A stretch of DNA of 64,000 nt, taken from assembly GCA_030141605.1 (NCBI GenBank), contig JAQGDQ010000127.1:372001-436000 (forward strand), given 5' to 3'. Of this stretch, positions 1 to 15,000 are shown in pieces; the stretch's first letter is position 1, and the number at the start of each line of letters is the position of its first letter. Source of the stretch: Tubiluchus corallicola. Taxonomy: Eukaryota > Animalia > Priapulida. A model generated the notes under the pieces. That model was not told the origin of the DNA. It made no database searches and saw nothing but the letters and a program-made list of their open reading frames with translations. The position numbers and the translations under genes are program-made.

Positions 1-2170
1 GCGCGCCTCTGAATGGTCATTTTCCAGTTTTAACTGCGATCGATGTAGGAAATAACTCTCGGGCAAATACTAGAAGTCGTATAATTCACAACTTCAAAAA
101 CAGTGACTGGTATTATTGGTCAGGCATCTTAGAAAAAACAATTCAACAGTCCTTTTCTGAAATCTTAATCCACCTACAAAATAATGATGCAAACAATATT
201 ATGGTGTTGTTTCCTGGAGTGTATTAAACAAGCTAATGAGTAAAGACCAAGCGCTCATGAAAAAGACTTTGGACGTCAAATCTTTCTCTTCCAAAAAGTC
301 CATATAAGCAAGGTGAATTACACCATACTCTAAGTGAGTTAATCACTGAGAATACGGCAAATCTGAACGTGGCACAAAGTAAATCTTTCTGGAAAACTAT
401 TTCGGATGCAAGAACAATGTCAAATTGACACTTTAAAAGTAGGCAACAATTTTTATACAACTGACAACGAAAAATGTGGTGTGTTATACACTGAATTTTT
501 TAGTGGAAAAAATTTTGACAATGAGTGGTATGACTATGTTAATAACTTTGTAGAAAAATTCATGATTGTGATTATGTAAATCAAAATAATGAAACTTGGT
601 ATAATGATGCGTTTATCATGACTGAATTAATTTGCAGTATAAAAATGGTAAAAGTTTAGACACTGATCGCGTTCATCCATTAATGGCAAATGGGGTTCTG
701 GGTCTGACCTCTCTTTTTAAACCTTGTTGATATTTGTTTTGAGTGTAAAGTATGGTCCTGGGATAATGCCAAAGCTATGTTTTTTAGAAAGCAGGGTAAA
801 GATGACTATAGTGCGCCAAACAATCATAGGCCAATCTCGGTAACATCATATTTTGGAAAACTTGCAGAGAAACTAATAGAAAACAGACTAAGAAAATTTT
901 TTAGCGGACATAATTTGCTTGATCATGTACAAGAAGGATTTAGACCAAATTGTAACACTGGTCGTTACTTTTGACAATTGAAAGACAGTTAGTTCAAATG
1001 TTTGATAGCATTGCAGTATTGTGTGACCTTCGAAAAGCTTTTGACAGCATTTGGATAAACATTTCTATTAAATCGGATAATCACTTTAAAAGTTAACAAT
1101 TTTAGCTCTAAAAATTACCTTGTTCAATGGGTTTGCCCACAAGGATCTGTGTTCTTGCCTTTGCTATTTGTATTTTTTATAACAGATATGCTTGGTGCAA
1201 TGGTATGTGAAAAGTTTACGTACGCAGATGATAGTTCAGCTTTAGGAAGGAACTGCTAAATCTAAGTGGGAACTAAACCCCCTAATCTCAAAATTGAAGA
1301 ACTATGTGGCCAAAAGCAAAGTATTAGTAGTTGTAATTGATGATCATTTAAATTTTAATGACCAGACTAAGGAGGTAAAGCGGCATGCTTGAAACACATT
1401 GCACAAAATAAAACAGTTCTGTTCAACATATAATGGCCTGTAAATGAAAACAATAATTACTCTGTTCAAAATTGATAATTTGCTACTGGTCTTATTGGCG
1501 ATCTTATACGGTTGTATAAAAAATTAGGTGCATTTGAAGATATTTGGTACGATTTTCAAGAAATTGCCGCATGCGTGGGTTACAATCCCTCAAAGCAAGA
1601 GCTAGGTATTATATATGGCTTACCACCAATAGTTGTTTTATATTCTGACCAGGTGAGCAAATTCATGGTAAAAAGTTTGTTGAGACTGCCAGAAGATCTA
1701 GTTGAGTGTGAAATTTTGGAAACTGACTGTTTAAGAGGCAGGTTAGTAACTGTAAACATTTCCTGGCGGAATATTTAAATACAACAGATCTTTCATCAAA
1801 ATAGCAAAAAATGTAGAGCTCTCTCGAAATTGTAGCATCCTCGAGGCAGAACCAATGCTCTAATATATATAGTAAAATTTAAGTAGATTGGTACTTAATT
1901 CATCTGTGGAAAAGAAAAATTATGCTCTGTAACCAAGCTGCAGGCATCCAGCCAACCAATGATTTACAGTTAAACCTAAAACATTTTAACTTGTCTCTTG
2001 AAAAATATGAAAGAAAACTTGAAACTAAAATTTTAAATTTTGGCTGCGGAGCCTTTTTTAAAAGAGTGGGTCTGACGGAGAGTGAATCGTGTGTCTTTAG
2101 TTCAGATAGCCAAACGCCTGAACATTTATTTTTGATTGAGATTTGGTTGATTTTAATGCAAGAACTGAGT
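1..2170 (+). mobile_element. Decayed non-LTR retrotransposon (LINE) ORF2/RT remnant
   Basis: ORF 777-974 reads RPISVTSYFGKLAEKLIENRL...QEGFRP (RT N-terminal motifs). Downstream frames give DLRKAFDSIW, PQGSVFLPLLF..FITDM and YADD; many stops and frameshifts. Confidence 0.85.
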
Positions 2171-2628
2171 TGAAAAATATTTAAGTCAAAAAATGTATTA
2201 CTGTTGCAATGATCAAGCCAAATATTGTGTAAATTGTTAGATATGTAAAAATGTAAAAAAATGATTGAGCCAAACTATTACTAAAGGAAAATGTAAGCAA
2301 TCTGATGCTAATAAATATTGTGTAAAAAATGTCTGGCAAAATATTGAAGAAAAACGTACAATAATATTGTGTATTCATAAAAATGATGTTGTACATTTTC
2401 ACAGTGGATATAACTAATATTGACAACTTGTTTATATGTATTGTGTTTAGCACATATTTTCTGCTATTATATATAAACGATGAAATCGTCTTTCTAATTA
2501 TCCACAATACTGCCCTGCAATTGGTGTGCTAGGTAAAAATTTTGAGCTTTGACTGTATGTATATTTCTGTATCTGTGTAACTATATTGTTATTTGTACAT
2601 TATGTTTTTGAATAAAAGATTTATAATA

Positions 2629-2633
<5 letters not shown>

Positions 2634-2683
<50 letters not shown>
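2634..2683. repeat. (CT)n microsatellite just upstream of an exon acceptor
   Basis: Direct reading of tctctc... run. Confidence 0.95.
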
Positions 2684-2688
<5 letters not shown>

Positions 2689-2725
2689 CCTCCTAAAACC
2701 AACTAATTTTTTCATTCACTTTTAG

Positions 2726-5700
2726 GGTTTTCCAGAGTGACATCAAAGAAATTCATTTTCTTACTAGAGTACAGAAAACTCAAATAACAATGACAAGCTT
2801 GCACTGCAGTTCAAAAGCAGAGCCAGAATTGGATATCACAGCAGAGATAGGTACTGTAAAATGCTGCTTTTTATTCTTATTGTAGTTCACTTAAGTTTGT
2901 TGTTAAACTATCTTAACTGTGCAGAAAAATTATGTGAATTTTATATAAACTATCAGAATGTTATATTTCTTGCTTCCCTGGGAATATGCACTTGGATTTT
3001 CAGCAAGAAATGACCCAATTTTTTCAAGTCTGGTTTCTTCATACGAAAGTGCATTTGTTCTTGCTCGTAATGCTCACATTGCCAAATGGGATGTCAAGAT
3101 AAATGTATTTTGGCTTGTACTGAATTGCAATATTATCATTTTGAAAACTTTTGTCATCAGCTATGCCCACACAAAGTTCAGACTTAATAGGGTGAACAGT
3201 CATGCTTAATTCGGAGGCAGATCTACTGATCTCATACATGACTAACATAGTGAGTACTACTAAAATGGCTAACAGATCTACTTTCCTAATAAGGAAGGTA
3301 AATAATGAGCAATGGATCAAGCCTCCATGTCTAATACCTTGTGTAGCTTTGGAGACATATTTTCTAATCACTCCTCTGGTATGATTCAGGCCTTCCCCTA
3401 TTGTCATAAGGAATCATTACTACATCCACTTTCTCTGAGGTTATTCAATAACTCCTGCATATTTACATTGTCTTAAGTTTTGACATTGTCTGTAAAAGTA
3501 ACATAAGTATACTCTTCATCTTTTGGCCTCATCAATAATGAGTCTGATTCATCAAGAATCAGCATGTACACTCCCTTACTCCCTTGTGATTGCAGTACCT
3601 GTAGTTGCTGCAGGATTTAATGGTGCATTAAAATGATCCAGAAAATACTGTCACATAGCGTTTCTCAGAAATTCCACAATTATATTTCAAATTGCCCTCC
3701 ATAACCTTTTTAGGTCCCTCCACTTCAAACGTGTGTTCCACTTTTATTGGAAGACATGTATGCATTTATGCACGTTTGGTTATTTGATATGATCAGTGAA
3801 TCATAATAAGCCTTATACAAATTTTGAGTTTGAGATTCAAATAAAAAAATCTAGTGAAATGTTATTAAGACTAGACTGTTCAGAACTTTGTAAGCAGTTT
3901 AGACATTTAACCAACCTTTAGTAATTTAATACCTACAATACAAACAAATTTCACTTTGTATTGGTACACTATGATTTACACAGCTGCTTTTAATTGTATT
4001 GACAAAATTATTAAGTAAGTTATCTGTACTGTGCAATTAAGTGTATTATGAACTAGAATAGTTTTTTCTATTAAATTATCTACTGGACTTATCATGTAAT
4101 TTATTAATTTACAGAAAATTCAAATCTTGATATTTGCCAAGAATCCGGTAATGTTAAGGAGAACAATGCAGTTCCATCTTTTTTTGACGTATCATTCTCT
4201 GTTCCATCTTACACAGATGAGTCAAACAGTTATTCCTGGAGCCCCACTCCTGGCCACACTGATGAGATGATACCTGCAAATGTTGATACTTCTCCTGCAA
4301 CTGATGAAAATGGTAAAACTAGAGATTTGAATCCAAATGACATTACAAAATGTGAGGCTGCATCACCTGGGTGTGGTGATTTAATATTAGCAAGTTCTGC
4401 ACTGGAAGGCTATGGACAATTTTTTTACAGAAAGTTTCAGTGAATAATTTGAAAAAGATGAGATGAATAACATCTCATCAATTAATAAATTGTACAGCTT
4501 CAAACTATCTGATCATCATCAACCGTCTGAAAGTGTCCGGTTTTCTCGAGTTTATAACCTAAAGCATACTTTCCTTTCCATTGCCTTTCTGACAGAAGAA
4601 TAGTGTCATCCATTAAGATCAATGAATGCAGGGACTCCCAATGTCATTCTAGTCCATATCTGTTGACAGATCTGATTGTATCGTTAATAAAGAAGGTAAA
4701 TAATGAACAACTGGTCAAGCCACCATGTGAAATGCCTTGGGTAGCTTTGAAGATATCTTTTCTAATCATTCCTCTAGTATGTCTGAGGCTTTCCTCTATT
4801 GCCAGTCTGGAGTCATTACTACATCCATTTTCTTTGAGGTTATTCAATAGCTTCTACATATTTACATTGTCTTGAGTTTTTATATAGTTTGTAAAGGTAA
4901 CAAAAGTATACTCTTCATCTTTCTTGCCTCATCAGTTATGAGTCTGAGCGAAGATTTGTTTAACACAGCCACAATGTTTCTGCTCTCCTGCTTGTTCCAC
5001 ATCTGGGGTAAAACCACGATATAAATATTTTATTTAAAACACCATCATATAACTTAAGCAGTGCAGAGAGGATGCTAATACGGCTGTAATTACTGTGACT
5101 TTACCTTTCTTAAAAATCATGAAGACACTTGCTAATTCTCATTGTATTGGATATGCTACATTAATAGAAAGTAAGTTTAGCAACATCATCAGAAATAAAG
5201 TCCATTTGTCTGGCAGAACCATCAACACCCCTGGAGGAATTCCTGGGACACTTGCTAAGTTTCAGTCAGTTTAGCTAAGATTCCACTTCAAATGGCATGA
5301 GTGAGTACAGTACCACAAGGGACTGTAATCGCTGAGGGATTTAACAGTGCATCAAAATGATCACAGAAAATACTGTCAGCAGGCCTTTCTCAGAGATTCC
5401 ATAATTATATTTCCCTTTCCCGTTTCTTGCCTTCCATAACCTTTTTAAGTCCCACCACTTCAAAAGTGTGTTCCATCTCTCTCTCATTGGAAGACATGTA
5501 TACCTTTATGCGCGTTTGGTTTTCAGATCTGATCAGTGAATTGTTATTAAGATGAGACTGTTCAGAACTTTGTAAACACTTTAGAAATCTAACCAATCTT
5601 TAGTAATTTAATATCATTTCTACAATACATGACAAACTTCACTTTGTATTGGTACACTATGTTTTACACAGCTGCTTTTAGTTGTATTGACAAATTATTA

Positions 5701-8700
5701 AATAAAGTAAAATGAAGTATCTGTACTGTGCAGTTAAGTGCATTGTGAACTAGGATAGTTTTTTCTATTAAATTTTCTACTGGACTTATCATGTTATTTA
5801 TTAATTTACAGAAAATTCAAATCTTCATATTTGCCAAGAAACCAGTAATGTTAAGGAGAACAATGCAGCTCCATCTTTTTTTGATGTATCACTCTCTGCT
5901 CCATCTTACATAGCAGATGAGTCAAACAGTTATTCCTGGAACCCCACTCCAGGCCACACTGATGAGATGATACCTGCAAATATTGGTACTTGTCCTGCAA
6001 CTGATGAAAATGGTAAAACTAGAGATTTGAATCCAAGTGACATTACAAAATGTGAGGCTGCATCACCTGGGTGTGGTGATTTAATATCAGCAAGTTCTGC
6101 ACTGCAAGGCTCTAGACAATTTTTTACAGAAAGTTCCAGTGAAGAATTTGAAAAAGATGAGGTGAATAACATCTCATCAATTAACGAATTGTACAGCTCC
6201 AAATTATCTGATCATCAACCGTCTGAAAGTGTCTGTTTTTCTGGAGTTTATAACCTAAAACAAATTTGCATTCCGGTTTCATCTACAACTTTGGGCGCTG
6301 AGCAGTACATTATGTGTGTAGGTAATTTGCACGTTGGTTTTATTTGAGATTTTATTTGTTCTTACAAAAAAAGGCATTGCAAGTTTTAGTGTCCTCTAAA
6401 AATTCTTGAGAGCACTCTAACACCATTTTTCTAATGATGCTATATTTCTACATTTATATACATGCAGTAAAATTTTATAGTCTGTTATACATATCTATGT
6501 ATTCTTTTGGTCTGATGTACTTATAATTAATTGTGCTGTCTTTTTATAGCTCTGTGTTTCATTTTTCTACTGTGGCACCAATATTCTGAGTTTATTTTTG
6601 ACTAGTTTTTGTGATCAAGAGGATAGCCTCCTGTTTTGAATGATAAATTACCCACATTTCTTTTTTTGCTTTATTCTTCTTAACTGCTTACTGAAACCAT
6701 ATTAATTGTCTTTGCTGCTGTCAAATCTAATTCAACCTGAAGAATCAATTTTTATACCCGATATAACTTTACAATTTTTTTGAAATTAAGGTAGCTTATT
6801 GTACAGTTAGGTTTATTAATTCTTGTTTTTGCAATTTTGTTAGGGTCAACTTTAGAAGGAAAAATTCTGAATGAGATTTTAGATAAAACTAAGCAAGAAA
6901 TGTGCAGAGCAGCAGATTTACAACTGGAGCGGCTAAACCGTGTAAGCTTTTTTTAAATTATTGTAACTTCGTCCTTTATTTATGTCGGTTTGATGTTGAA
7001 AAGTGCACAAGAATTTCGAGTGTGAGCTATATATTCGAGTGCTGTATTGAGAGTATTACCCTTATAAGAAATTTTATGTAATTAAGAGAGCAAATAAACA
7101 GATGAATACTATATTTTGAAAATTACCCATACAAGGTCATATTATAAATTTTGTTATTAATTAAGAGAGCAAATAAACAATTGAATAATTTTGTTACCCT
7201 TATAAGAAATTTTATAAAATTAAATTATTTTCTGGGGCTCAAATATTTCGCACCCAAGTGGCCGTGCCCAGATGACCTGCCCCCCTTTCTGCCACATGGA
7301 GTGTTTTTATTGTCAACTTGGGTGTTTTGAACAAATTCTAGTGTTATGTCTGATGATTGAATACGCCAAAATAAATCATGTCAAGTTATGGATATTGTTT
7401 GTATATTTCCGTCAGGCTTATGACAGGGTACCACGATCAAAGTAAGTGTTAATGTTAAAGAATGTGGGTTGTAGTCAAAAGCTTATATTAATTGTTCATG
7501 CCGTGTATAGCTGTACTCATTTTGTGTTTAAAACTGCTATTATAAATTCTTCCATGGGCATTAAACAAGGTGCTCCCATGAACTGTTTGTTATTTGTGTT
7601 TTACATTGACCATATGATTCGTATGATTCAGATAAGTTTCTTCATAATTGTCATAGTCTGTTACTAATGGACGATAGAGCTTTGACTGCTACAAGTAAGG
7701 AAGCTTCTGTTGAAAAATGTAGAATTTTGTTAGAACAAGATTAGAACTCAATTTATGGTTACAAATTGTATTCCGGTAGATATAGAGAATATTGTAATTG
7801 ATGATTTGTGTGTGAAATGTACTAAGGCATACTGTTATCATAGATCTCCCATTAATGGTGATGGTAAAATGAGTTCTGTGATGAAAGTCCATGTTAAAGG
7901 CAAAAGAAAGCATAGTTGAAGTATGTGACTTTTGTAAATCTCAACTATAATGTGCCTTTTTATTTGAAGCAAAAAGTTGCTAAAGCTTGTAATTCTAGTG
8001 CAATTACATATGCTTCACAATTGTGGTTAACATGCAATTTTAAAGGTCTTGATTGTTTGTGTATTAAAGTGGTCAAGACATTGCTTGGAGTAAAACTCTC
8101 CACCCCTAGTGATCTGTGTCTTGTAGAAGCAGACATAGCTAATGTCAGTGACTTAATTTTAAAAAGACGTAAACAGTTTTTGGATAAAAAGCTTGATGAT
8201 CTCAAGATTAATGAACCCCTAACATCTGCTTGTAATTAACTAATATTTCACATTGTCACGCTCGTACATTTAATATCCTTCATAAGTGTTACAATTACAG
8301 TTTTGACAACATTTTAGCTAATATGTTCGTGTTAAAAGTGTAAACAAAAGTCTGTATTCTTGTTGTCAGCCCTCAACCATGTGCTGGTACAACATACAAT
8401 TTATTTGTCTGATATCCCCTATTCTCTACGAATCAGTTTTTGTAGGTTTTATATGATGTAGTGCACTATATAAATAAATTTTGCATTACATTAGGTTCAC
8501 ACTATCGTCTCATTATCTGAGGTTTGAGACTGGTAGATAAGCCAGGCCACCCATTCCTCATGATAGCAGGGTATGCTGGTGTGATAATGTCTCTGTTCAC
8601 ATTTGCATGTTATTGGACATTGTAGATTATCTGAGCCAATTAGAAAAATGAATGCTTTGTATTTAAAAGTGCAAGAGCTATTTGATTTAGAGCCTGAACT

Positions 8701-10858
8701 TTGCAGTGAATTCTTGTCAGCAATTTTGAAAATTTATGATTAACTAGCTGTGTTGTTATTTGCTGTCAACATCATTTATGTTTTCTAACTATGTGCAAGT
8801 TTTTAAAATGTTCTTGATGACTATAATGTTATTATTATATAATGTCAGTAAAGTACTACTACTAAGTAAGTACTACGTCTGTGCAGTTTTGCTTGTTGAA
8901 TTATAAATGTGTGGAATTCTTTGCAGTTTGAAGTCGTGAATGTACCTAATTTAACTGCTTTTAAAACTCATCTTCACAGTCATCTGCTATCAAAACTTGT
9001 AATTTTAGACTTTCTTTTCATATATTGTTATTGCCATAAGTACTTGAAGTTTAGCACTAAGGTACTTATATTATTGTATCGTATGATATGCTGCCCTATG
9101 TTATCCCCTCTGTATGCAGACTACTTTGAGAAATTTGAATTACTGTAATATTTGCATATCAGTAAAGCTACAATTTTGCTTTGTTTATGCTACAATTACA
9201 ATTGCTTCCACACTTCACGTAGCAGAAAGCATTAACAAATCTCTTCTGGCTACTTTGTTTTTGTTTTGTGAATAGCTCTGATACATCATTTCTGTAATGC
9301 CAACGAATAACGCTCTTAGAGAATGCTTAAACTGGTTTTGTGTGTTTACAGCAGTTTAACAGCGAGTTCAGACTATAGCGAGTTCAGACAGACAGTGAGT
9401 TTTCTATCGAAAGTCTTTTATTGACAATCTACTCACGTGTGTGAACTGCTTTGCAAGTTACTGTTGGCAAGAAATTGCAAACTATCCAACAGTTGTTACG
9501 GATTGATTTCCTGTGAGCTACTGCTTAATGCCTTGGCGAATTTCTTGCAGTAAATAGAGAACTGAGTGTCAGCTCAGCTTTTGAGAGTAGTACATTTGAA
9601 GTTTAGCTCTCTAGTCCGAACATGCTTGCAAGTTACTTGGCGAGAAAAATCTCTGGTCTGAATGCCGTAAGAGTCTAGTTATCATCTAACTTGAACCAGT
9701 GATTTTAAAACATGAATGTTTCTAATTTTTTTGTAGGTTGAGATGCATGGTCCATACAGTGATTTGCCAGACTTAGTAGCTGTTAAAAATCGAGGAGCTG
9801 CAGTTAAACCGTTAAGTTTTTTAACTGAGCAAACCTCCCTTAGTAATGATAATGTGGTCAAGCAGAGAACATCTTCAAATTTGTTAAGTATTGATGTATG
9901 TAATATTTCCTAACCTTCTTGCAGTTTGTCGTACTTAATTGCAGGACAAAATGCTGAACATTATCTAGATCATAGAATTATATTATCTGTCAAAAATGTT
10001 GGTATTGTGTTTTTAATGTAAAACTGAAATTTCTTGCGACAAATTGTCCTGGTTCATAATCATAGTGTTTCTACTTTCATTGCTTTGAGTTATTTATATT
10101 TAAAAAATGGTGTAACGTCTTTTGTTCACTTTAGGACTGTGCTTTGAAGATTTTTACTGACAAAGCAGTAAATAGTTGGGAACAAGCACAGTTAGCTGCT
10201 GAATTGATGTGCTTAAAGATTAGTTCTTCGGAAGCTATTAATGCTGCACTTCACTGCAAGAATTTGCAACAAGCTTTCCTTTTTCTGCAGCACTGCTGTG
10301 AAATATGTACGGAAAAGATCGCATCTAACAAGGTACTCAAGTTACGTTTTTCTTAAAGTTATCAGCACTTGTGAACAATGAACTGAATAAAATCAAGCTA
10401 CCAGCTTTTTTAGTTTGGTGAATTTTATGTTCTAAAAGTTTTGTCTTAAATCTAAATAATAAAATAATAATTTGTTCTAAATGATTTTGTTTAATGTACT
10501 TAATTAGCATTTTGTGTATGATAAAAAAATCTTTCCATTTTTTTAACACTGCAGTGTAATCCAATTGTGTGTGATAGGGCACTGACTTATTTTTTGCAGA
10601 TGATGCAGATGGTAAGTTGCATACACAAAGCATGTGAAAAATGCATGGAAAAACACTTTACTGACAAAATCATGAGTGCTAGCATACTAGAGCTGACTTG
10701 CCCATTCTGTGGCGAGCCTGATTTAGCTAATGATCCCAGTGAAGAAAAAACATTGAAGTATTTTAGGTAATGTAAACTCTTATAGTTTTGCAATTTTTAT
10801 AACATGAAAACAAAATGCCTAGGCATTCTATAGACTGCTTTGTTTCACACTTTTCCTT

Positions 10859-10911
<53 letters not shown>

Positions 10912-11959
10912 GTATTTTACAAATGTAAAGAAAATGTTTATTTGACAAGAACACTTAAAAGTGTTGTACATAAATAAGTTAACAATTATACAATTATTAA
11001 TATATACACCCATTCTACATTTTATTTGTCAACGTTTTACAAAAACATTTTTTTTGAGTAATTAATAAAATTATTTTGAATAATTTCTATCTGCTACAGC
11101 GTCTTCTAATTTCTTCATTACAATCAGGCTGCCTTTTTAACACATTGGCTAACGTTGAACGGCATATGCGTGGTTTCTCAGGCATGTCTCGGCACATAGA
11201 CGCAATGACTTGCTCTAGCTTAAATTCTGGATGAGTTTCTATAAGATTAACTGTATAGTCTCCCATTTCTTCATCGACAAGCTTTCTTCTGAAGCCGCCA
11301 CGTGGCTTGACAATTCTACGCTCCAGTGCTGTTGTTTATCCTCAAACGAAATTCTTTGATAAGCCATAACGTCGGCAGAAAAGAATAAATGGGTTCCCAC
11401 TTCTCAATGAACAGTGAATCACTAATTAGTTTTTTAAGTAATCCATTAGCACTGCATTACTGAATTAGTTTCTCTCAAGAAACATTGTTTATTTTAAGCA
11501 TGTATTGTTTTCTCTAACAGTTCCAATGGTATCTAAAGTTTACAGAATATAGTGAGACCTATAAAGTTATTATTTTCACAGTCTTAAGAGCAATTATTAA
11601 ATTAAGATTAAAGAAGATTAAATTTAACATCCTTAAACTTTACCACCTATTCACATTTGAGATACTAATGTCACATTTGACTTGACATGTGCCTTCATTT
11701 GACTTAACGCAGGTCTACATGTAAAACTATATATAATACATTACATTACATGCAGTAGTTAAAGTATGTTTTGTTGCACAGGTTTTTGCCATGCTCGCCA
11801 AGACCTGCATTTTATATTTTTTTGTACAGTTCAGCATTGCAAGCTGGTATTCAGCAATGGGAGAGCCTATTGTTTTTGTTAATGGTTGTGACTGAAGTGC
11901 GACCTCCTAAATTACTTTCTAAGATTACCACTAAGCCGACAGAGGCACATTCAGACATA

Positions 11960-12000
<41 letters not shown>

Positions 12001-15000
12001 TATGTATACATTCACATTCATACATATATATGTGTGTGTGTGTGTGTTTATACATATATTTATGTATGAGATAAATAGTCGGAGGTTGTATGGCAGATGA
12101 AACTGTCTCAGAGGCAATTTTCTTGGTGGTTATCTGTCCGTTTAATTAGGCTAATCAGTCCCAATGTTATTTAACTTTTTGTTACTAAGAACATACTGTG
12201 ACCATTTACTTATCTGGCACATTTTCATGTTGATATATTTTTCACATCCTGGGGCATTTTGTTTTGTTCTAATTACATGTGATACAGTGACTGTTAGTAA
12301 TCACTGTCTATTATATTTTTACAGTGAGTTGGACATTATTTTAAAACGTCTAGTTACAGTGAAAGTTCATGAGTTATTCCAAAGAAAGTTAAGAGATTAC
12401 ACATTAAACAAAGACCCAAATTTTCGCTGGTGTGCTCATGTAAGTATTTGATGCATTTTTCAGTAACTACATTTTAAAAAATTAATCATTTTAGAAATTA
12501 AAGCACTGGCACATTTTCTTGTGAATTCAATGCAAGTGCAAGTTTTCTGAGAAAGTAAGTCTTAACTGAAACTTAATCTAGTATTGTTTATTTTTTTTTG
12601 CTTAGTGTGCTATGGGATTTGAGACTGACTCTCGGTCGCAGTGCATACAGTGTCCCTCCTGCAGGAGATATATGTGCTTTTATTGCAAACAACCAGTACG
12701 TATAAATATTAACACATTTAGAGAAACGTGGTAACTATTGTCAATGGAAAGGCAGAACTATAGGTAATTTGTAGTCCTTATGAACCTGCCATTAACATGC
12801 ATTTGACTATACAGTTGTCTAGTAATCTAATAATTGTCTATAGGTATATAGGCTAATAAGCCATAGACACTTACATGGACAGTATTTGCAGATAAAAAGA
12901 AGCCATGTAATTCTAGCACTCATAACTACCTTACCATTTTTTATAAACAGCCAATTTTACTACATCCATATCTCTAGAGGCCAAAGGAATCATTGTGAAT
13001 TGTGTTTGTATTTACCTTGCATGTAATGAGCAGACTTGCTAAATAATGGGCACCATTCACCAAGGTCAAGAAGATTACCGTTCACTGTGGAGGTTAATTT
13101 ATTGATCGCACTTAAAACAATGTGTTATGAGTATCAAGTACAGCACAATCATGCAGATGTGCTGTTGAGTCAGCTCATCTACTACAAGCGCTGCTGTAAT
13201 TGTAACTTACAGACTGCAGTCAGAATGAAGTGAGCATTATGATGCAGACAGAAAAACAACCATGCAGTTTGTCACCAGGAAGTTTGTACAATAAGCAAGT
13301 TTTCTTAAATAAAATGTTCTGCTCATCAAAATAAATAATTCTGTGACTTTTCAAAGTTAAATTTTTAACAAAGATACTGTTCTAAATAAATATAGTGATT
13401 TCACATCACATAGGTTAGCCAGAGTGTAAATTTAGTTATTAAGCGACGTGGGTCCATGCTGAAATGCTTAACAGTTATATCTTGCCGGTACAGCTATTTA
13501 AATAAAAGTCAGTCATGTTTTCTGCCCATACAGACATCCAGGGTTTTTGGCAGCCATTTAAATTACAACACCCACGCAAAACACACTAGATGGTCAGCAG
13601 ACATCGCAATGTATAACAGCAGTGGCTTAGAAAAGCAACTCGCATGGTGGTCTTCAGCAGGATTATTGCATAAAATACTGCCTTAATAATAGAAATAATG
13701 GCGTTTAAACATAAGTTATGATAAAATAGTTACTGAACAGTGGCACTCATTAAAAAACTTGTGACAGTTTCAAAAGAAAGTGCCGTTTTTATCGTTACAT
13801 TGTATCAGTCTTATAGGTTTCTATATAGTACATACACTCAGATAATTGACCTCGGCTATAGCAAGATTCGGTTACAGTGAGCAAATTTTGGATTGGTTAT
13901 AAGCGCATTATACTGTAGTTTGATTAGTCATCTCTGTGAGCTATATAATTTTAAGTTAGTCCGAATCTGTTGCCTTTACCAAACTACACAGACACTGAAA
14001 CCTCTATAATAAAACAGCGTATGTACTAGCTGCTTGGTGCATATGCATAATTTTTGCTTATATTAGCTGAGTTTACAACTATTAGTTTTTCCGTGAACTA
14101 GACTGTAATATTCATTTTAAAAAAATTAATAAATAATGCTATTTATGCTGTTCTTATCTTGATGCTTTTAACTGGTGAATTAATGTGTGCAGTTAAAACT
14201 ATCCTTCCTCAGAACAAACTCTCAGGGACAACTTCACCCCAGTGATTTTTTTAAACTCTCACTTTGTTTGCCATAGCAGGTTGTTCATATTAAATTTTAG
14301 TTGAAGGGTGGGTTGGTCCTATACATAAGAAGTTAATTTAGATTAACAGTAGTAGCAGGAAAAATAAGTGTTAAGCTTCTGACTGAGTACGAAATACACA
14401 GAAAAATTTCCGTGTTAAGCACAGGTGGTCCAGAAACTAATAACGTATTAAAAGAAAATAAGAGCTAGTTGATGCAGTTTAAGTGATTTTTTAATATTAG
14501 CTTAGCCAAAAGGTATTAGTACTATCTACAGCTGCGTTTTTATCTGATTACCAGGGAGTACCAGCAGGCAAAGGCCTATACTAACTACTAGCAAATTGAT
14601 TAGAATACAGTCGGAAAACACACATAATTGCATGCAAATAGACAAATTTAATCTAAGTTAATCATTCATTTAAGTACAAACTTAAATTCCAGTAACTACA
14701 TACAAATTGTTTTTGTGCTTTAAGCAACTGGCATTATAGCGCAGTTGATTTATTAAGTAATAAACTTTTGGCACACCAACATTGCATTAGCAGGTGATAA
14801 TAAGCAAAGGTGGGGTATTCCCTGCTATTACGTGTCAAAAATGGTGTTACGTCAAAGTGGGGGTTATTCATACATACTTGTAAATTAATTGTTTAAAGTA
14901 TTGCATAAAATAAAACAACGAAATACTGTACAAATAATGACAAAATAATATCAATTTCGAAATTTGCCAATACATGGGAAGTTTGACGTAGCTGCTTTTC

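Noticed and set aside
9355-9670. Possible Harbinger-type MITE (gagttcagac...gtctgaatg)
   Set aside because: Termini are too degenerate to define boundaries.
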